A stretch of DNA of 63,922 bases, filler included, from an uncultured bacterium (GTDB lineage: Bacteria > CAYJOG01): the NCBI GenBank assembly GCA_964371695.1. It is 9 parts of 9 records of this genome, joined end to end, with 100 filler letters (N's around TTAATTAATTAA, not from the genome) between each part and the next. Parts side by side here need not be neighbours in the genome. Positions count along the whole stretch, not along the records: positions 28,670 to 35,689 come from CAYJOG010000147.1; positions 35,790 to 42,778 come from CAYJOG010000148.1; 7 more parts are not named here. One strand, 5' to 3'. Position numbers and translations under genes: made by a program. Positions 28,731 through 38,800 of this stretch are shown in pieces (position 1 is the stretch's first letter; every line of letters starts with the position of its first letter). The notes under the pieces are model-generated. The model saw only the letters and a program-made list of their open reading frames with translations. It was not told the origin of the DNA and did no database searches.

Positions 28731-29933
28731 GTAAAATCTCCCCACTTGTTCGCCTCGATCAAAGAGCGGCTCCTGGGCAGCAAAAAGTTGCTGGCGGCGC
28801 TGGGCGTACTGGGGCTGCTGTTGGCTTTGGTGTTCATCAGCGACGTGCGCTGGGGTCTGGCCCCGGTGGACCCCAAGGACCTGCCCACCCGCAAGTTTGT
28901 GGACGCAGGGATTTTGCCCCCCATTGGCCGCCGCCTGGGCACGGCGCTGAAGATCAAGGACACCGTGAGTTTTCAGCACAACAAGGCGTGGAAAAAACTG
29001 CCCGAAACCACCGGTGTTCACCCCCAGGACATATTCACCACCAAACTGGCGGGCGAGGTGGCCATGGAGTTTTACAACGGGGGCCGCGCTGTGCTGAGCC
29101 AGGAGGGCGTGCTGAAACTGGAAACCGGCAACCCGCCGGTGTGGAATCTGTTGCAGGGCCGCCTGCTGGCGGCCTCGGGCAAAAAAAATCTGTGGATTGA
29201 AACCCCCCACGCCCACGTGGAAATGCAACCCGAATCGGTGGCGCTGGTGCTGAGTGATGAAAAAAAATCGGTGGTGGCCATGGCCCTTGGCACGACCCAG
29301 GTGATGGACCGTTTCAAGGCCTTTGACCCCCAGATGGTCACCCAGGGTCTGAAAACCGTGGTGCTGCGGGGTGGCGGCCCCGCGCCGCCCATCACCGATG
29401 ATCACCAGGGTGACATCGCCTATCTGGCGCAGGAATACGACACCGTGCTGGCCACCGACAAAAGCCTGCGCAAGGTCTGGCAAAAAGTTCTGGGGGGCAA
29501 GTCTGTGGCGTTTGCCAGCATCCTGCCCCTGGCGGCCATGGGTCAGGCCACGCCGCCGTCCAAACCCGCGCCGCCTCCGGCCCCCAAGCCCGCCGCGCCG
29601 CCAAAACCGGTGGAAAACCTGACCCAGCTTGAAGACACCGCCATTGGTCACCTGGCCGCCCTCCGGCGCGAACTGGCCATCTACACCCTGCAACAATCCA
29701 GTCCCACGCCGCCGCAAGATCCCAAACAAGCCCTGAAGGGCGTTTTCAAAAACGGCCTGCCCGCGTTGCGGTTGTCGGGTGGCTTGGCCCTGAGCGGCGT
29801 GAAACCCGCTTGCCCGGTGCAGTGTCCCGACGCAGCTTCTTCTGCCGCGTGGCTTTATTGCGTCAAGGGTTCCGTGGCCCAGTGGCGCATCAACGACCGC
29901 GACAACAAGGGCCGGAATCTGTGTTTGGAGTAA
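28716..29933 (+). CDS. FecR-domain membrane protein with Pro-rich linker
   Basis: TM helix, then FecR-like beta pattern (D...T, LLQGRL, IETPHA); the listed start lies inside the MITE, so it is uncertain. Confidence 0.6.
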   Translation: MRQVLVKSPHLFASIKERLLGSKKLLAALGVLGLLLALVFISDVRWGLAPVDPKDLPTRKFVDAGILPPIGRRLGTALKIKDTVSFQHNKAWKKLPETTGVHPQDIFTTKLAGEVAMEFYNGGRAVLSQEGVLKLETGNPPVWNLLQGRLLAASGKKNLWIETPHAHVEMQPESVALVLSDEKKSVVAMALGTTQVMDRFKAFDPQMVTQGLKTVVLRGGGPAPPITDDHQGDIAYLAQEYDTVLATDKSLRKVWQKVLGGKSVAFASILPLAAMGQATPPSKPAPPPAPKPAAPPKPVENLTQLEDTAIGHLAALRRELAIYTLQQSSPTPPQDPKQALKGVFKNGLPALRLSGGLALSGVKPACPVQCPDAASSAAWLYCVKGSVAQWRINDRDNKGRNLCLE

Positions 29934-30254
29934 ATTTTCATCGCAAGGTCAGGTTGTCCGTTACTGGGCGGCAACCGTGGCCAGAGGCCATGGATGGCCG
30001 TTTCCGCCGCTGGTTCAGCGTGGTCGGGGTTTGCCCAAAACCTCATATCGCAGGAAACACATCAGTTACAAGCAGTTTTTAGGGTGGGGCAGGACCGTGC
30101 GGCGTTGTTCGCAAGGTTTCATGGATGAAACCGGCGAACCAGGAAATATCAGCAGGGCAGGTTTTCTGTATTTTCCCAAGCTTCTTTCCGTCTGCAAGCT
30201 GCGAAAAAAATTTCCAATCGTCTCTCCCGCTTGAGACACCCTCTGGCCCCGGCC

Positions 30255-31295
30255 ATGATGACCGGTGTGCGCAGGCGTGGTCATAAACGAAAGCTGCTGG
30301 CCATCGCCGCCACCGTGCTGGTGTCGCTTCTTTTGTTTGCCGGGGCCTTGGCGCTTTTCCAGACCCGCCGCCTGCTGGTGTCCCTGCGGCCGCCGCAAAT
30401 TCTCACTCCTCCCGCGCCAGACAAACCCCAGGCCGTGAACTGCGCCCGCCTGATGGGCGAAAAGGGCCTGCTTGAGAACATACTGCCGCCCATGCGTTTG
30501 CTGGAGGGCAATGATCTGGAAGTGGAAACACCTGTGGCCACGGCAAAGGAGCCGGGTGTGGGGGCCGCCCTGGGGGAGTTTGCCCGTCAGGCCCGCAGCC
30601 TGCGCGAAGAAGGCGAAAAAACCAGCCGCCGCCGCTGGCTGGAGGTGGAAGAAGCACGGCTGGCGGTGGTGTATCAGAAAAAGGCCACTGCCCTGGGCAA
30701 ACGTCTGCGCAAACGCCGTGAACAGATGGATCACGAAATGGCCCTGCTGCGCCGCAAGGTCGCCCTGGTGAAAATCCAGTGGGATCACCTGGAAAAAACC
30801 CTGCGCACCACCCCCTGGCTGCAACAGCCCTCACCCCTCAAAAACAAAAAAGATGCCGCCGTGGACCTGCGGCAAAAACGCGACGCCCTCAAAAAACAGC
30901 ATGGCGAGCTGACGCGCTCGCTACGCCAGCGTCAGAAACGCCTGCAACAGGCCCTGGAAGAAGAAGAAAAACGCCTGCTGGCCACACTTCAAAAAGAAAT
31001 GGAAGCCACGCAGGCCCTGTTGCGCCAGCAGGCCGCCAAAGCCACCCCGCCGCTGCCCAAAGAGGCCCTGGCCGAAGTGGGCGTGGCCGCCAGGGTGTTT
31101 GAGCAGGTGGGCCAACCCAAAACCGTTCGCCCCACGCCCATGCTCGAAGACCGCACCCCCCCCAGCCGACTGTTAAGAGGCCCCACGTTTTCCGCGCCGG
31201 GGGTGAGCGGTGTCACGGGGGGCATCACTTTTCGCGAATGTTTTTGGTCGGTTCCTGGCCGCCTGCAAAATAAAAAGAGCCTGTTGATAAAGTAG
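30255..31295 (+). CDS. Membrane-anchored coiled-coil hypothetical protein
   Basis: N-terminal hydrophobic helix and long E/K/R/Q/L-rich helices. Confidence 0.7.
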   Translation: MMTGVRRRGHKRKLLAIAATVLVSLLLFAGALALFQTRRLLVSLRPPQILTPPAPDKPQAVNCARLMGEKGLLENILPPMRLLEGNDLEVETPVATAKEPGVGAALGEFARQARSLREEGEKTSRRRWLEVEEARLAVVYQKKATALGKRLRKRREQMDHEMALLRRKVALVKIQWDHLEKTLRTTPWLQQPSPLKNKKDAAVDLRQKRDALKKQHGELTRSLRQRQKRLQQALEEEEKRLLATLQKEMEATQALLRQQAAKATPPLPKEALAEVGVAARVFEQVGQPKTVRPTPMLEDRTPPSRLLRGPTFSAPGVSGVTGGITFRECFWSVPGRLQNKKSLLIK

Positions 31296-31448
31296 TCAAA
31301 AAACCAATCAACAGGCTCTTTCGGCCATGGATGGCCGAATCCGAAAGCCGAAACTTTGAAAAAGTTGAGGTTTTCGCCATCAGGGGAGGGCTTTGCCCGA
31401 ACCTGATTGGGTTTACAAAGTCCACGACGGACTTTATAAACAAATTCA
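31277..31448. mobile_element. Family F MITE-like element (imperfect TIR GAGCCTGTTGATAAAGT)
   Basis: Ends GAGCCTGTTGATAAAGT / ACTTTATAAACAAATTC; internal AAAGTCCACGACGGACTTT hairpin recurs at 55532-55593 and 60215-60253. Confidence 0.7.
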
Positions 31449-31466
31449 AAGGAGAATCTTTGAATC

Positions 31467-32033
31467 ATGGAAACAGTGAAGATTGCTGGCAAGACGTTTT
31501 GGGTGGACTGGGCCTTTGGGCAAAAGGGCCTGTCGGCCATGGTGTTTGGCCTGGACAAACCTGACCTGAAAGATCTGGCGGAACTGGAACAGGCCGCAGA
31601 TCCCGCTCTGGACCCTAAAAAGAAAACCGCCTGGCAAAACGCCATGAAAACCTGGCTGAAAAATTATGGGAAGAAAAACTTTCAGCCCCTGCCCGTGCCG
31701 CTGGACACCTCGGCCCTGGGGCCCTTTCAGGCCAAAGTGGTGAACGCGCTGGTCGCCAGGGTGCCCCCCGGCACGGTGGTGAGTTATGGCGAACTGGCGG
31801 CGCTGGCGGGCAGCCCCCGCGCGGCCCGCGCCGTGGGGGGCACCATGGCCAGTCACCCCATGGCGTTTGCGGTGCCCTGTCACCGGGTGTTGCACTCGGC
31901 GGGCAGCAAAACCCGCTATGGCAAAGGGGTGCTCACCAAACTGCTGTTGCTGCGCCACGAGGGGTTTGACACCGGGCGGCTCAGTGCCCTGGCCAAAGCC
32001 AACGGCATTGCGCACAAAGCTCTGGCTGATTGA
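31467..32033 (+). CDS. ogt: Methylated-DNA--protein-cysteine methyltransferase
   Basis: FQ.KV, VPPGTVVSYGELA, ARAVG, PCHRV. Confidence 0.93.
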   Translation: METVKIAGKTFWVDWAFGQKGLSAMVFGLDKPDLKDLAELEQAADPALDPKKKTAWQNAMKTWLKNYGKKNFQPLPVPLDTSALGPFQAKVVNALVARVPPGTVVSYGELAALAGSPRAARAVGGTMASHPMAFAVPCHRVLHSAGSKTRYGKGVLTKLLLLRHEGFDTGRLSALAKANGIAHKALAD

Positions 32034-32111
32034 GCGGAGCACGAAAGGCTTTCATTTCTGGCGACGCCGCGTCATTTTTCTACAATGGACGCCATTGGAG
32101 GCCATGAAGCC

Positions 32112-32945
32112 ATGAACAATGTGAAAACCGTGTTTTTTCTGGGTCTGCTCACGGGCCTGCTGATGTTTTTTGGCGGCCTGCTGGGGGGCAAGGGGGGCAT
32201 GATGATGGCCCTGCTGTTCGCCACGGCCATGAACTTTGGGGCCTACTGGTTTTCGGACAAGATCATTCTGCGGCTCTATGGCTGTCAGGAGGTGGACGCC
32301 CACACTGCGCCGGAACTGGTGGCCATGGTGACGCGCCTGTCTGAGCGGGCAAACCTGCCCATGCCCAAGGTGTATCTGATGGAAAACCCCGTGCCCAACG
32401 CATTCGCCACTGGGCGCAACCCGCAGCACGCCGCCGTGGCGGCCACCACCGGCCTGCTCAACATGCTGGACCACGACGAAATTGAAGGCGTGATGGCCCA
32501 CGAACTGAGCCACGTGCGCCACCGCGACACCCTCATCAGCGCCATCGCCGCCACCGTGGCGGGGGCCATCATGATGATTGCGCACATGGCCCGGTGGGGG
32601 GCGATTTTTGGCGGGCGGGGAGACGACGAAGGCGGCAACCCGCTGGTGATGCTGCTCACGGCGCTCATCGCACCATTCGCCGCCATGCTCATCCAGATGG
32701 CCATCAGCCGCAGCCGCGAGTTCATGGCCGACCGCGGCGCGGCAGACCTCACCGGCAACCCCCAGGCCCTGGCCCGCGCGCTCATGAAAATCAGCGGCGT
32801 CAAAATCAACCCCGGCGAATACGGTTTCAGTCCCCAGACCGCGCACCTGATGATCAGCAATCCCTTTCGCGGCGAGGGCCTGATGAACCTGTTCAGCACC
32901 CACCCCACCACCGAGGCCCGCGTGAAGGCGCTGATGGAGCAGTAG
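32112..32945 (+). CDS. htpX: Zinc metalloprotease HtpX
   Basis: YWFSDK, PNAFATGRNP, AHELSH, ISRSREF.AD, FSTHP. Confidence 0.97.
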   Translation: MNNVKTVFFLGLLTGLLMFFGGLLGGKGGMMMALLFATAMNFGAYWFSDKIILRLYGCQEVDAHTAPELVAMVTRLSERANLPMPKVYLMENPVPNAFATGRNPQHAAVAATTGLLNMLDHDEIEGVMAHELSHVRHRDTLISAIAATVAGAIMMIAHMARWGAIFGGRGDDEGGNPLVMLLTALIAPFAAMLIQMAISRSREFMADRGAADLTGNPQALARALMKISGVKINPGEYGFSPQTAHLMISNPFRGEGLMNLFSTHPTTEARVKALMEQ

Positions 32946-33110
32946 AAGCCACCTCATAAAATAAATGTCAAAGGCGGCTTCTGGCAGGTCAGGATGACCT
33001 GCGCCGAAAACCGAAGGATCAAAATCCGCAGGTTTTCGCGCTCGTGGCCGGGATTTATTCCCGGCCACGGCGGCCGAATAAATCCATGGAGGGATTTATG
33101 AGATAAGTTC
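32945..33110. mobile_element. Family E MITE flanked by TA
   Basis: TA|GAAGCCACCTCATAAA ... TTTATGAGATAAGTTC|TA; right end shared with 55593-55640. Confidence 0.75.
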
Positions 33111-33424
33111 TAATCCCCCATCAACAAATCCTGCACCAGCGCACCGCCCTGCAGGTGCTCCTGCAAAATGCGGTTTGCCCCATCGGGCGTGACGTGCTGA
33201 TACCACGTGCCTTCGGGATAAACCACCACCACCACGCCTTTGGCGCATTGGTCCAGACACCCGGCCTTGTTCACGCGGATTTTCGCGTCCAGCCCCGCTG
33301 ACTTCACGCCCTCTTTCAGCAGGGCATGCACCTGCGCCGCACCTTTGGAGAGGCAATCGCCCCGCGGGTCGCCCGGCTCGCGCTGGTTGAGACAGACAAA
33401 CACGTGGACTTCGGGCCTGGGCAT
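33110..33424 (-). CDS. Thioredoxin-like (2Fe-2S) ferredoxin
   Basis: HVFVC.N.R......C, RVNKAGCLDQC..G...VVYPEGTWY. Confidence 0.93.
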   Translation of the reverse strand: MPRPEVHVFVCLNQREPGDPRGDCLSKGAAQVHALLKEGVKSAGLDAKIRVNKAGCLDQCAKGVVVVVYPEGTWYQHVTPDGANRILQEHLQGGALVQDLLMGD

Positions 33425-33473
33425 GCTGAAAGTTTAAACGCACGCGGCGCAGCACGGTCTTTTTCATGTTTTT

Positions 33474-34391
33474 TTGTGGTTCGCTTCTGCCGTTTTCTTC
33501 CTCTACCCTTCGCCGGTGCGCGAGGCGGTGGAAATCGTGGTGCGGGCCATGGTGCCCGTGACGCTGGTGGTGCTGGGGGGCATGGCCTGGGGAAAATTCC
33601 GGCGGCCCGACGGGCGTTTTCTGGCGGACCTCATTCTGTATGTGGGCCTGCCCTGCCTGATTTTCGCCAACCTCTCGCGCCGCCCGCCCAGCACGGCAGA
33701 GCTGGGCAAGATTGCCCTGGTGATGACCGGCGTGTTCGCCACGCTCTATTTTTTGTGCTGGGTCACGGGGCTGAAGCGCAAGCATCCCGAACAGGTGCTG
33801 GCTGTGATTTTTCCCAACGCGGGCAACCTGGGCATTCCCCTGGCGGCCCTGGCCTTTGGCGAAGAAGCCAAAAATTACGCCCTGGTGTTTTTCACCATCA
33901 ACAGCATTCTGCATTTCACCTGGGGGTTTGGCTTGGCGGGCATGAAGGTGCGTCCCCGGCAGGTGCTGGGCCTGCCGTTGATTTACGCCGTGGGGTTGGG
34001 GTTGTGGTCGGGTTATGGCGGCTGGCGCGCCCCGTGGGTGGTGATGGAGGCGGTGGACATGACGGGGGCCATCGCCATTCCGCTCATGCTGGTGGCGCTG
34101 GGTCTGCAACTGGCCAAAAGCCCGCTGGTGCTGAGCAAGCGGGCGGTGTGGGCGTCGTGTGTGGGTTTGTTTGGCGGCCTGGGGGCGGCGTGGCTGATGG
34201 TGCAGGCCCTGGGCCTGACGGGCAATCTGGCCCGCGTGGCGCTGGTTTATGGCGCGCTGCCCAGCGCTGTGTTCAACGTGGCTCTCATGGACTGGGCCGA
34301 GGGCGATGCCAAGGCCGTGGCCGACACCGTGGCGGTCTCCACCCTGATGTCGGCGGTGCTGCTGAGCGTGCTGCTGTTTGTGCTGGCGTGA
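33474..34391 (+). CDS. AEC (auxin efflux carrier) family transporter
   Basis: YVGLPCLIF, FPNAGNLGIPL, AIPLMLVALG, LPSAV; start may be GTG at 33516. Confidence 0.88.
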   Translation: MWFASAVFFLYPSPVREAVEIVVRAMVPVTLVVLGGMAWGKFRRPDGRFLADLILYVGLPCLIFANLSRRPPSTAELGKIALVMTGVFATLYFLCWVTGLKRKHPEQVLAVIFPNAGNLGIPLAALAFGEEAKNYALVFFTINSILHFTWGFGLAGMKVRPRQVLGLPLIYAVGLGLWSGYGGWRAPWVVMEAVDMTGAIAIPLMLVALGLQLAKSPLVLSKRAVWASCVGLFGGLGAAWLMVQALGLTGNLARVALVYGALPSAVFNVALMDWAEGDAKAVADTVAVSTLMSAVLLSVLLFVLA

Positions 34392-34424
34392 AAGGGAGAT
34401 GGTGCGAATTAATGAAATATGTAG

Positions 34425-34511
34425 AGTAGGCGCGGTGTCCTCACCGCGCACGAGCAAAGTAAAAAGGTCTGGGTTTTTTCCATCTACGGCGGTGGGGACA
34501 CCGCCGCTACT
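34425..34511. repeat. Family C REPIN-like pair
   Basis: AGTAGGCGCGGTGTCCTCACCGCGC ... GGCGGTGGGGACACCGCCGCTACT; single copies at 7311-7337 and 28175-28198. Confidence 0.8.
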
Positions 34512-34534
34512 CAGGTAAAGCCAACAAAGGCGCG

Positions 34535-34933
34535 CTACGGCGTCACCAACACCACCGACGGAAAATAGGCCCGGTAGCGCCTGGGGTCGCGGGTGAGCAG
34601 GGGCCAACCGGCCACGGCGGCGTGTGCGCCGATGAAAAAATCAGCCAGCACGCCGGTTTTGTGGCCGCCTTTGCCCCGATACCGGCCAAAAGCCTTGCCC
34701 GCGAGAAAAAGCGCCGGGCGGGGAGTGTCCACCAACGCCACCTCCAACTGGTTCAGCACCTTGTCCAGCGCCTCGATGGTGTTGAAGGCAAATGAGAGTT
34801 CGGCGTAAATCACCGGGTTGATGGCCAGCTTGTGGGCCTGGGCCTGCTGGCGCAACTGGGTTTCAGACCAACCCGCCCATATCGGGTCGTCGGTCAGCAG
34901 GTCTATCAGCACATTGGTGTCAACCAGAATCAC
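34535..34933 (-). CDS. vapC: VapC PIN-domain toxin
   Basis: MILVDTNVLID, YAEL, LADFFIGAHA, LLTRD. Confidence 0.95.
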   Translation of the reverse strand: MILVDTNVLIDLLTDDPIWAGWSETQLRQQAQAHKLAINPVIYAELSFAFNTIEALDKVLNQLEVALVDTPRPALFLAGKAFGRYRGKGGHKTGVLADFFIGAHAAVAGWPLLTRDPRRYRAYFPSVVLVTP

Positions 34934-35175
34934 TCTTCGGGTCGCAGCAGGGCCATGAGTTCATCGGTGCGCCATTTCACATCGGCCTTGCCCCGTGCGG
35001 CGGCAAAGCGGTCTTTGGTCCTGGCCGCGGGTGGCTTGGCCCCCGCCTTTTTCACCACCACGTCGCCCTGGGGGTTCACCGAAAAATCCACACCACACCC
35101 CGGCGAAAGGCGCAGGGCGTCGCGGATGGGTTTGGGAATGGTGACTTGGCCTTTGGTGGTAAGGGCGTTGGGCAT
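34930..35175 (-). CDS. vapB: AbrB/MazE/SpoVT-family antitoxin
   Basis: LTTKGQVTIPKPIRDAL; RBS AGGAGG; 4-nt overlap with vapC. Confidence 0.92.
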   Translation of the reverse strand: MPNALTTKGQVTIPKPIRDALRLSPGCGVDFSVNPQGDVVVKKAGAKPPAARTKDRFAAARGKADVKWRTDELMALLRPEE

Positions 35176-35191
35176 GTCCGCCTCCTGCTTG

Positions 35192-35220
35192 AGTATTACT
35201 TCATCCGCCAGTGTAATACT
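35192..35220. promoter_or_regulatory. Putative vapBC autorepression operator
   Basis: Perfect 8-bp inverted repeat AGTATTAC-N13-GTAATACT, 17 nt upstream of the antitoxin start. Confidence 0.65.
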
Positions 35221-35250
35221 TTTTGCAGTGTGGGGCAAGGAAGGAAAGCT

Positions 35251-35689
35251 GGTGGCGCAGGCATCCTGCCTGCGTGAAAAAAAGGAAAAAACACCTTATT
35301 TCCTCTCCCCTTTACGGGGAGAGGGTGGCCGAAGGCCGGGTAATGGGCGCGGGGGGGCTTTTGGGATTGCGGCAGCATATTGATGCTGCCGGGTGCGCCC
35401 AGCGGCACGACAGTGCCGGGGTCAAACATGGGCAAAAAATCCAAACAGAAATTTGATTTTATGCTTTTGATTTTACCCCTCACCCCAACCCTCTCCCCAG
35501 TGGGGGAGAGGGGGTCAATCAAGTCCTCTGGAATGTTCTCGCCGCCGTTTTGAGTATACAAACCTTTAATTGCTTTATTGCTTGAGGCGGGCGAGGACGC
35601 CCGCCCCACTAACAACGCACAGCTTTCTTTCTCAGTGGGGCAGGCGTCCCGCCTGCCTTTTATATGAACGCAGGCAAGATGCCTGCGCC
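35251..35689. repeat. Repeat cluster C + [B-D] + inverted B + C pairs running into the contig end
   Basis: B-D at ~35300-35420 matches 20420-20530; reversed B at ~35477-35511. Confidence 0.85.
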
Positions 35690-35820
35690 NNNNNNNNNNN
35701 NNNNNNNNNNNNNNNNNNNNNNNNNNNNNNNNNTTAATTAATTAANNNNNNNNNNNNNNNNNNNNNNNNNNNNNNNNNNNNNNNNNNNNGGGTCACCCGG
35801 CTGGTTATGCTTAGGGTGTC

Positions 35821-38800
35821 GTGGTTCCCCGATTACGAAGACCGAACACGTCCAGGCGCGGGCTGACCTGTCTGGCAGCCTTTCTGGCGGTGTTTTTCGT
35901 GGGCGCAGGCCGTGCCCTGGCGGCCCTGCCCGGCGCCATCGAGGGCCGCGTGGCCGTGGGCAGCGTGGAGGTGCGCACCGACAACCAGTGGGTGGACCAC
36001 CGCAAGCTGACCTCGGAGGCGTTGCAGGAATCCCTCACCCGCCTGGGCCTGTTCACCGACGTGGTGCCCATGGCCAAAGTGGCGGAAAAAACCCCCGCCG
36101 TGCCCAGCGAAGAAGAACTTTACGGCGCGGTGAAAAGCCTGGGGGCCGATTATGTCGTGCGCTCGGTGGTGCGCGACGTGGTGGAAAACCCGCAGACCGG
36201 CCAGGTTTATGTCGAGACGGAAACCCGCCTGCTCGATGCCCGCAGCCGGGACCTGGTGGGCTGGTCGATGGTGCGGGGCGCCAGCACACAAAAACTGGGG
36301 GGCTTCAAGGGCGACAAATCCCTGCTGGTGCAGGAGGCCGCCTTTAACGCCGCCGAACACGCCGTGCGCGAAATCAAGCAGTCGGTAAAGCTCACCGGCA
36401 CCGTGAGCATCGCCAACACGCGGGACAACGAAGTGGTGTTCATCACCCTGGCCGAGGTCAACACCGTCAAGGCTGGCAGTTTTGTGGGTATTTATGACGA
36501 AAACGGCGAGAAAATCGCCCATCTGGAAGTGGCCGACGCGGGCATCGCCCAGGTGAGCGGCACCCTGCGAGATCGCAAACCCGGCGCCACGGTGCGCCCT
36601 GGCATGTCGGTGCGGGTGGAATACATCCCCAGCACCACCTTTGAAGAATTCAAGACTGTGGCGGAAAAGTTCATCCCCAAAAAGAAAAAAGGCGGCGGCT
36701 CACTCATGGGCATTCTGGGCCTGGGGGCCGTGGCGGTGTTGCTGGGCATCGGCCAGAACAAAAAAGACGCCGCCAGCGGTGAGCAGGCCAAAATCGTGGG
36801 CAAGGTGTCGTGCAGCAACTGCGCGCCGGGGGCGGCAGGGGCCTCGGTCACCATTCCCTCCACGGCCAACAATGTGGTGCAACCCACCATTTCCCAGGCC
36901 AGCAGTTATCCCCCATTGCCCTCGTCACAGTTCATCAATCAGGCCAGCAGCGTGTTTGACTTCAAGCCCGACGGCCTTCAGTTCAACACCAACGTCACGC
37001 TTTCGCTGGGATACAAGGATGACGACAAGAACGGCTGTGTGGATGGCCGCACCGACGTCAACGATGTCACCGTCACCGACGGCGATGCCGTCGGCTGCGT
37101 GAATATCACCAGCCTTCAGCTTTACACCTTCGACCCCAACCAGCAACTGTGGGTGCCGGTGGAGACAAGCTCCACGGTCACCTCCGGCAGCGACACCCGC
37201 GTGACCGCGCCGGTGAATCACTTCAGCTTTTATGTGATTCTCGAAAACGAAGCCCCAGAACCGCCCGATTCGCCGCGCAATCCCTCCATCAGTTGCACCA
37301 CCGCCGATGAAGGCACACTGTTATGGACCGCATCCAATGATCCAAACGTGCGCTCCTACAACGTCTACGAATGCACCAGCCTGACCGGCGGTTGTGGCAC
37401 TTCCCCCATCGCCACCGGCCTTCCGGTGAATCCCCCCCGTTATGTGGTGGGTGGGTTTAATGCCACCGACAATCGTTATTTTGCCGTTTCGGCGGTGGAT
37501 CTGAACGGTCAGGAAAGCGCCAAGAGCGTTATCGCCGTGGGCAGCGCCGCGAAATGCCGCCCGGTTACCACACCAATTCTGGTTGTGCCCGCCAATGGCG
37601 ACCGGATTCAGGTGGTGGTGGAAGACAATGAAGAATCGCAGACCACCAACCCGACCCTGGCGGTAGAGTTTGTTTTCAAGGGGCATTCCGACAACCAGAA
37701 CGGTTACCTGCTGGAGGTCTTTCACATTTCCCTGGCCACAACAGAGCAGCCTCTGGAAGTAAAGACTCTTTTTAACGCGACCCAAATTGAATCTGCCGGG
37801 GCCGGCACGTCGGCCAATTCCGAATCGGTTGAAGTGGTTTATAAATATATTTACCAATTGACGGGGCCAATTCTTAACCAGACCTTTGAGTGGCGCGTGT
37901 GCAATCTGGATGCGTCGGACAGCTGTATTACAGACGATTCGCCTGCCTGGACCAGCCCGAACCGTTTTAAAGTGGCTTCGGCGAATCTGGAGCAGGAATG
38001 TAAGCCAGAGGATTTCGGCACACCTGCGCCTGTCTCTCCGGCAGATGGCAGCGTCATCACTTTTCCCGAGCCGATGTTTCAGTGGGGAGATGTCTTGGGG
38101 GCAGACACTTACGAGATTACCGTCAAGAATCCTTCTGGCGCCCTGGTGTGGAGTGAAATCACAACCGGTGTGGTGGCGGTTTTTGACACGTCGGTCAACA
38201 CGTTGAATAACGGAACCACCTACTCCTGGACGGTAAAGGCCAGGGGAACGGGCGGGTGTGAAAGCACCAGCGACGCCTTTTTCTTTAAAAAGGAAGATCC
38301 AAATGATGTTGAAGTAAGACCCAATCCGCCGGTGTGGGCCGCTGCACCCATCACAGGGGGCAATCAACTGGCAGTGTTGCGCTGGTTGCCCAATGCGTCT
38401 GGCGACAATGTGACGTCTTATATGATTTACCGGCTGTTGGCGGATGGGAACGGCACTGTGGACCTCGCCAGTTTTCAGAACGAGCAAGTCAACATTTTGA
38501 CCGAAGTGCAGGTGTCGCAGCTCAATGCGGTCAGTTCCAATCCCAATTGCCCCCAAAGTACGCAGCAGGCCCCTGTTTTCTGTGATGAGTCAGTGACCAA
38601 CGGGCGGAAGTATTTCTATGTGCTACGGGCCAAGAGCACCAATGATCAACTCAGTTTGCCCAGTGGTTATGAATCCATTCAACTGGGTCTGCAGCGCCCG
38701 GTGCTGGTGAGTCCGGGGGGTGTGTTGCCGATTGAGTTCCAGGTGCAGCCGGGCGGACAGACGGTCAATTTCGTCATCCAGACAGTCAACGGGGCGGAGA

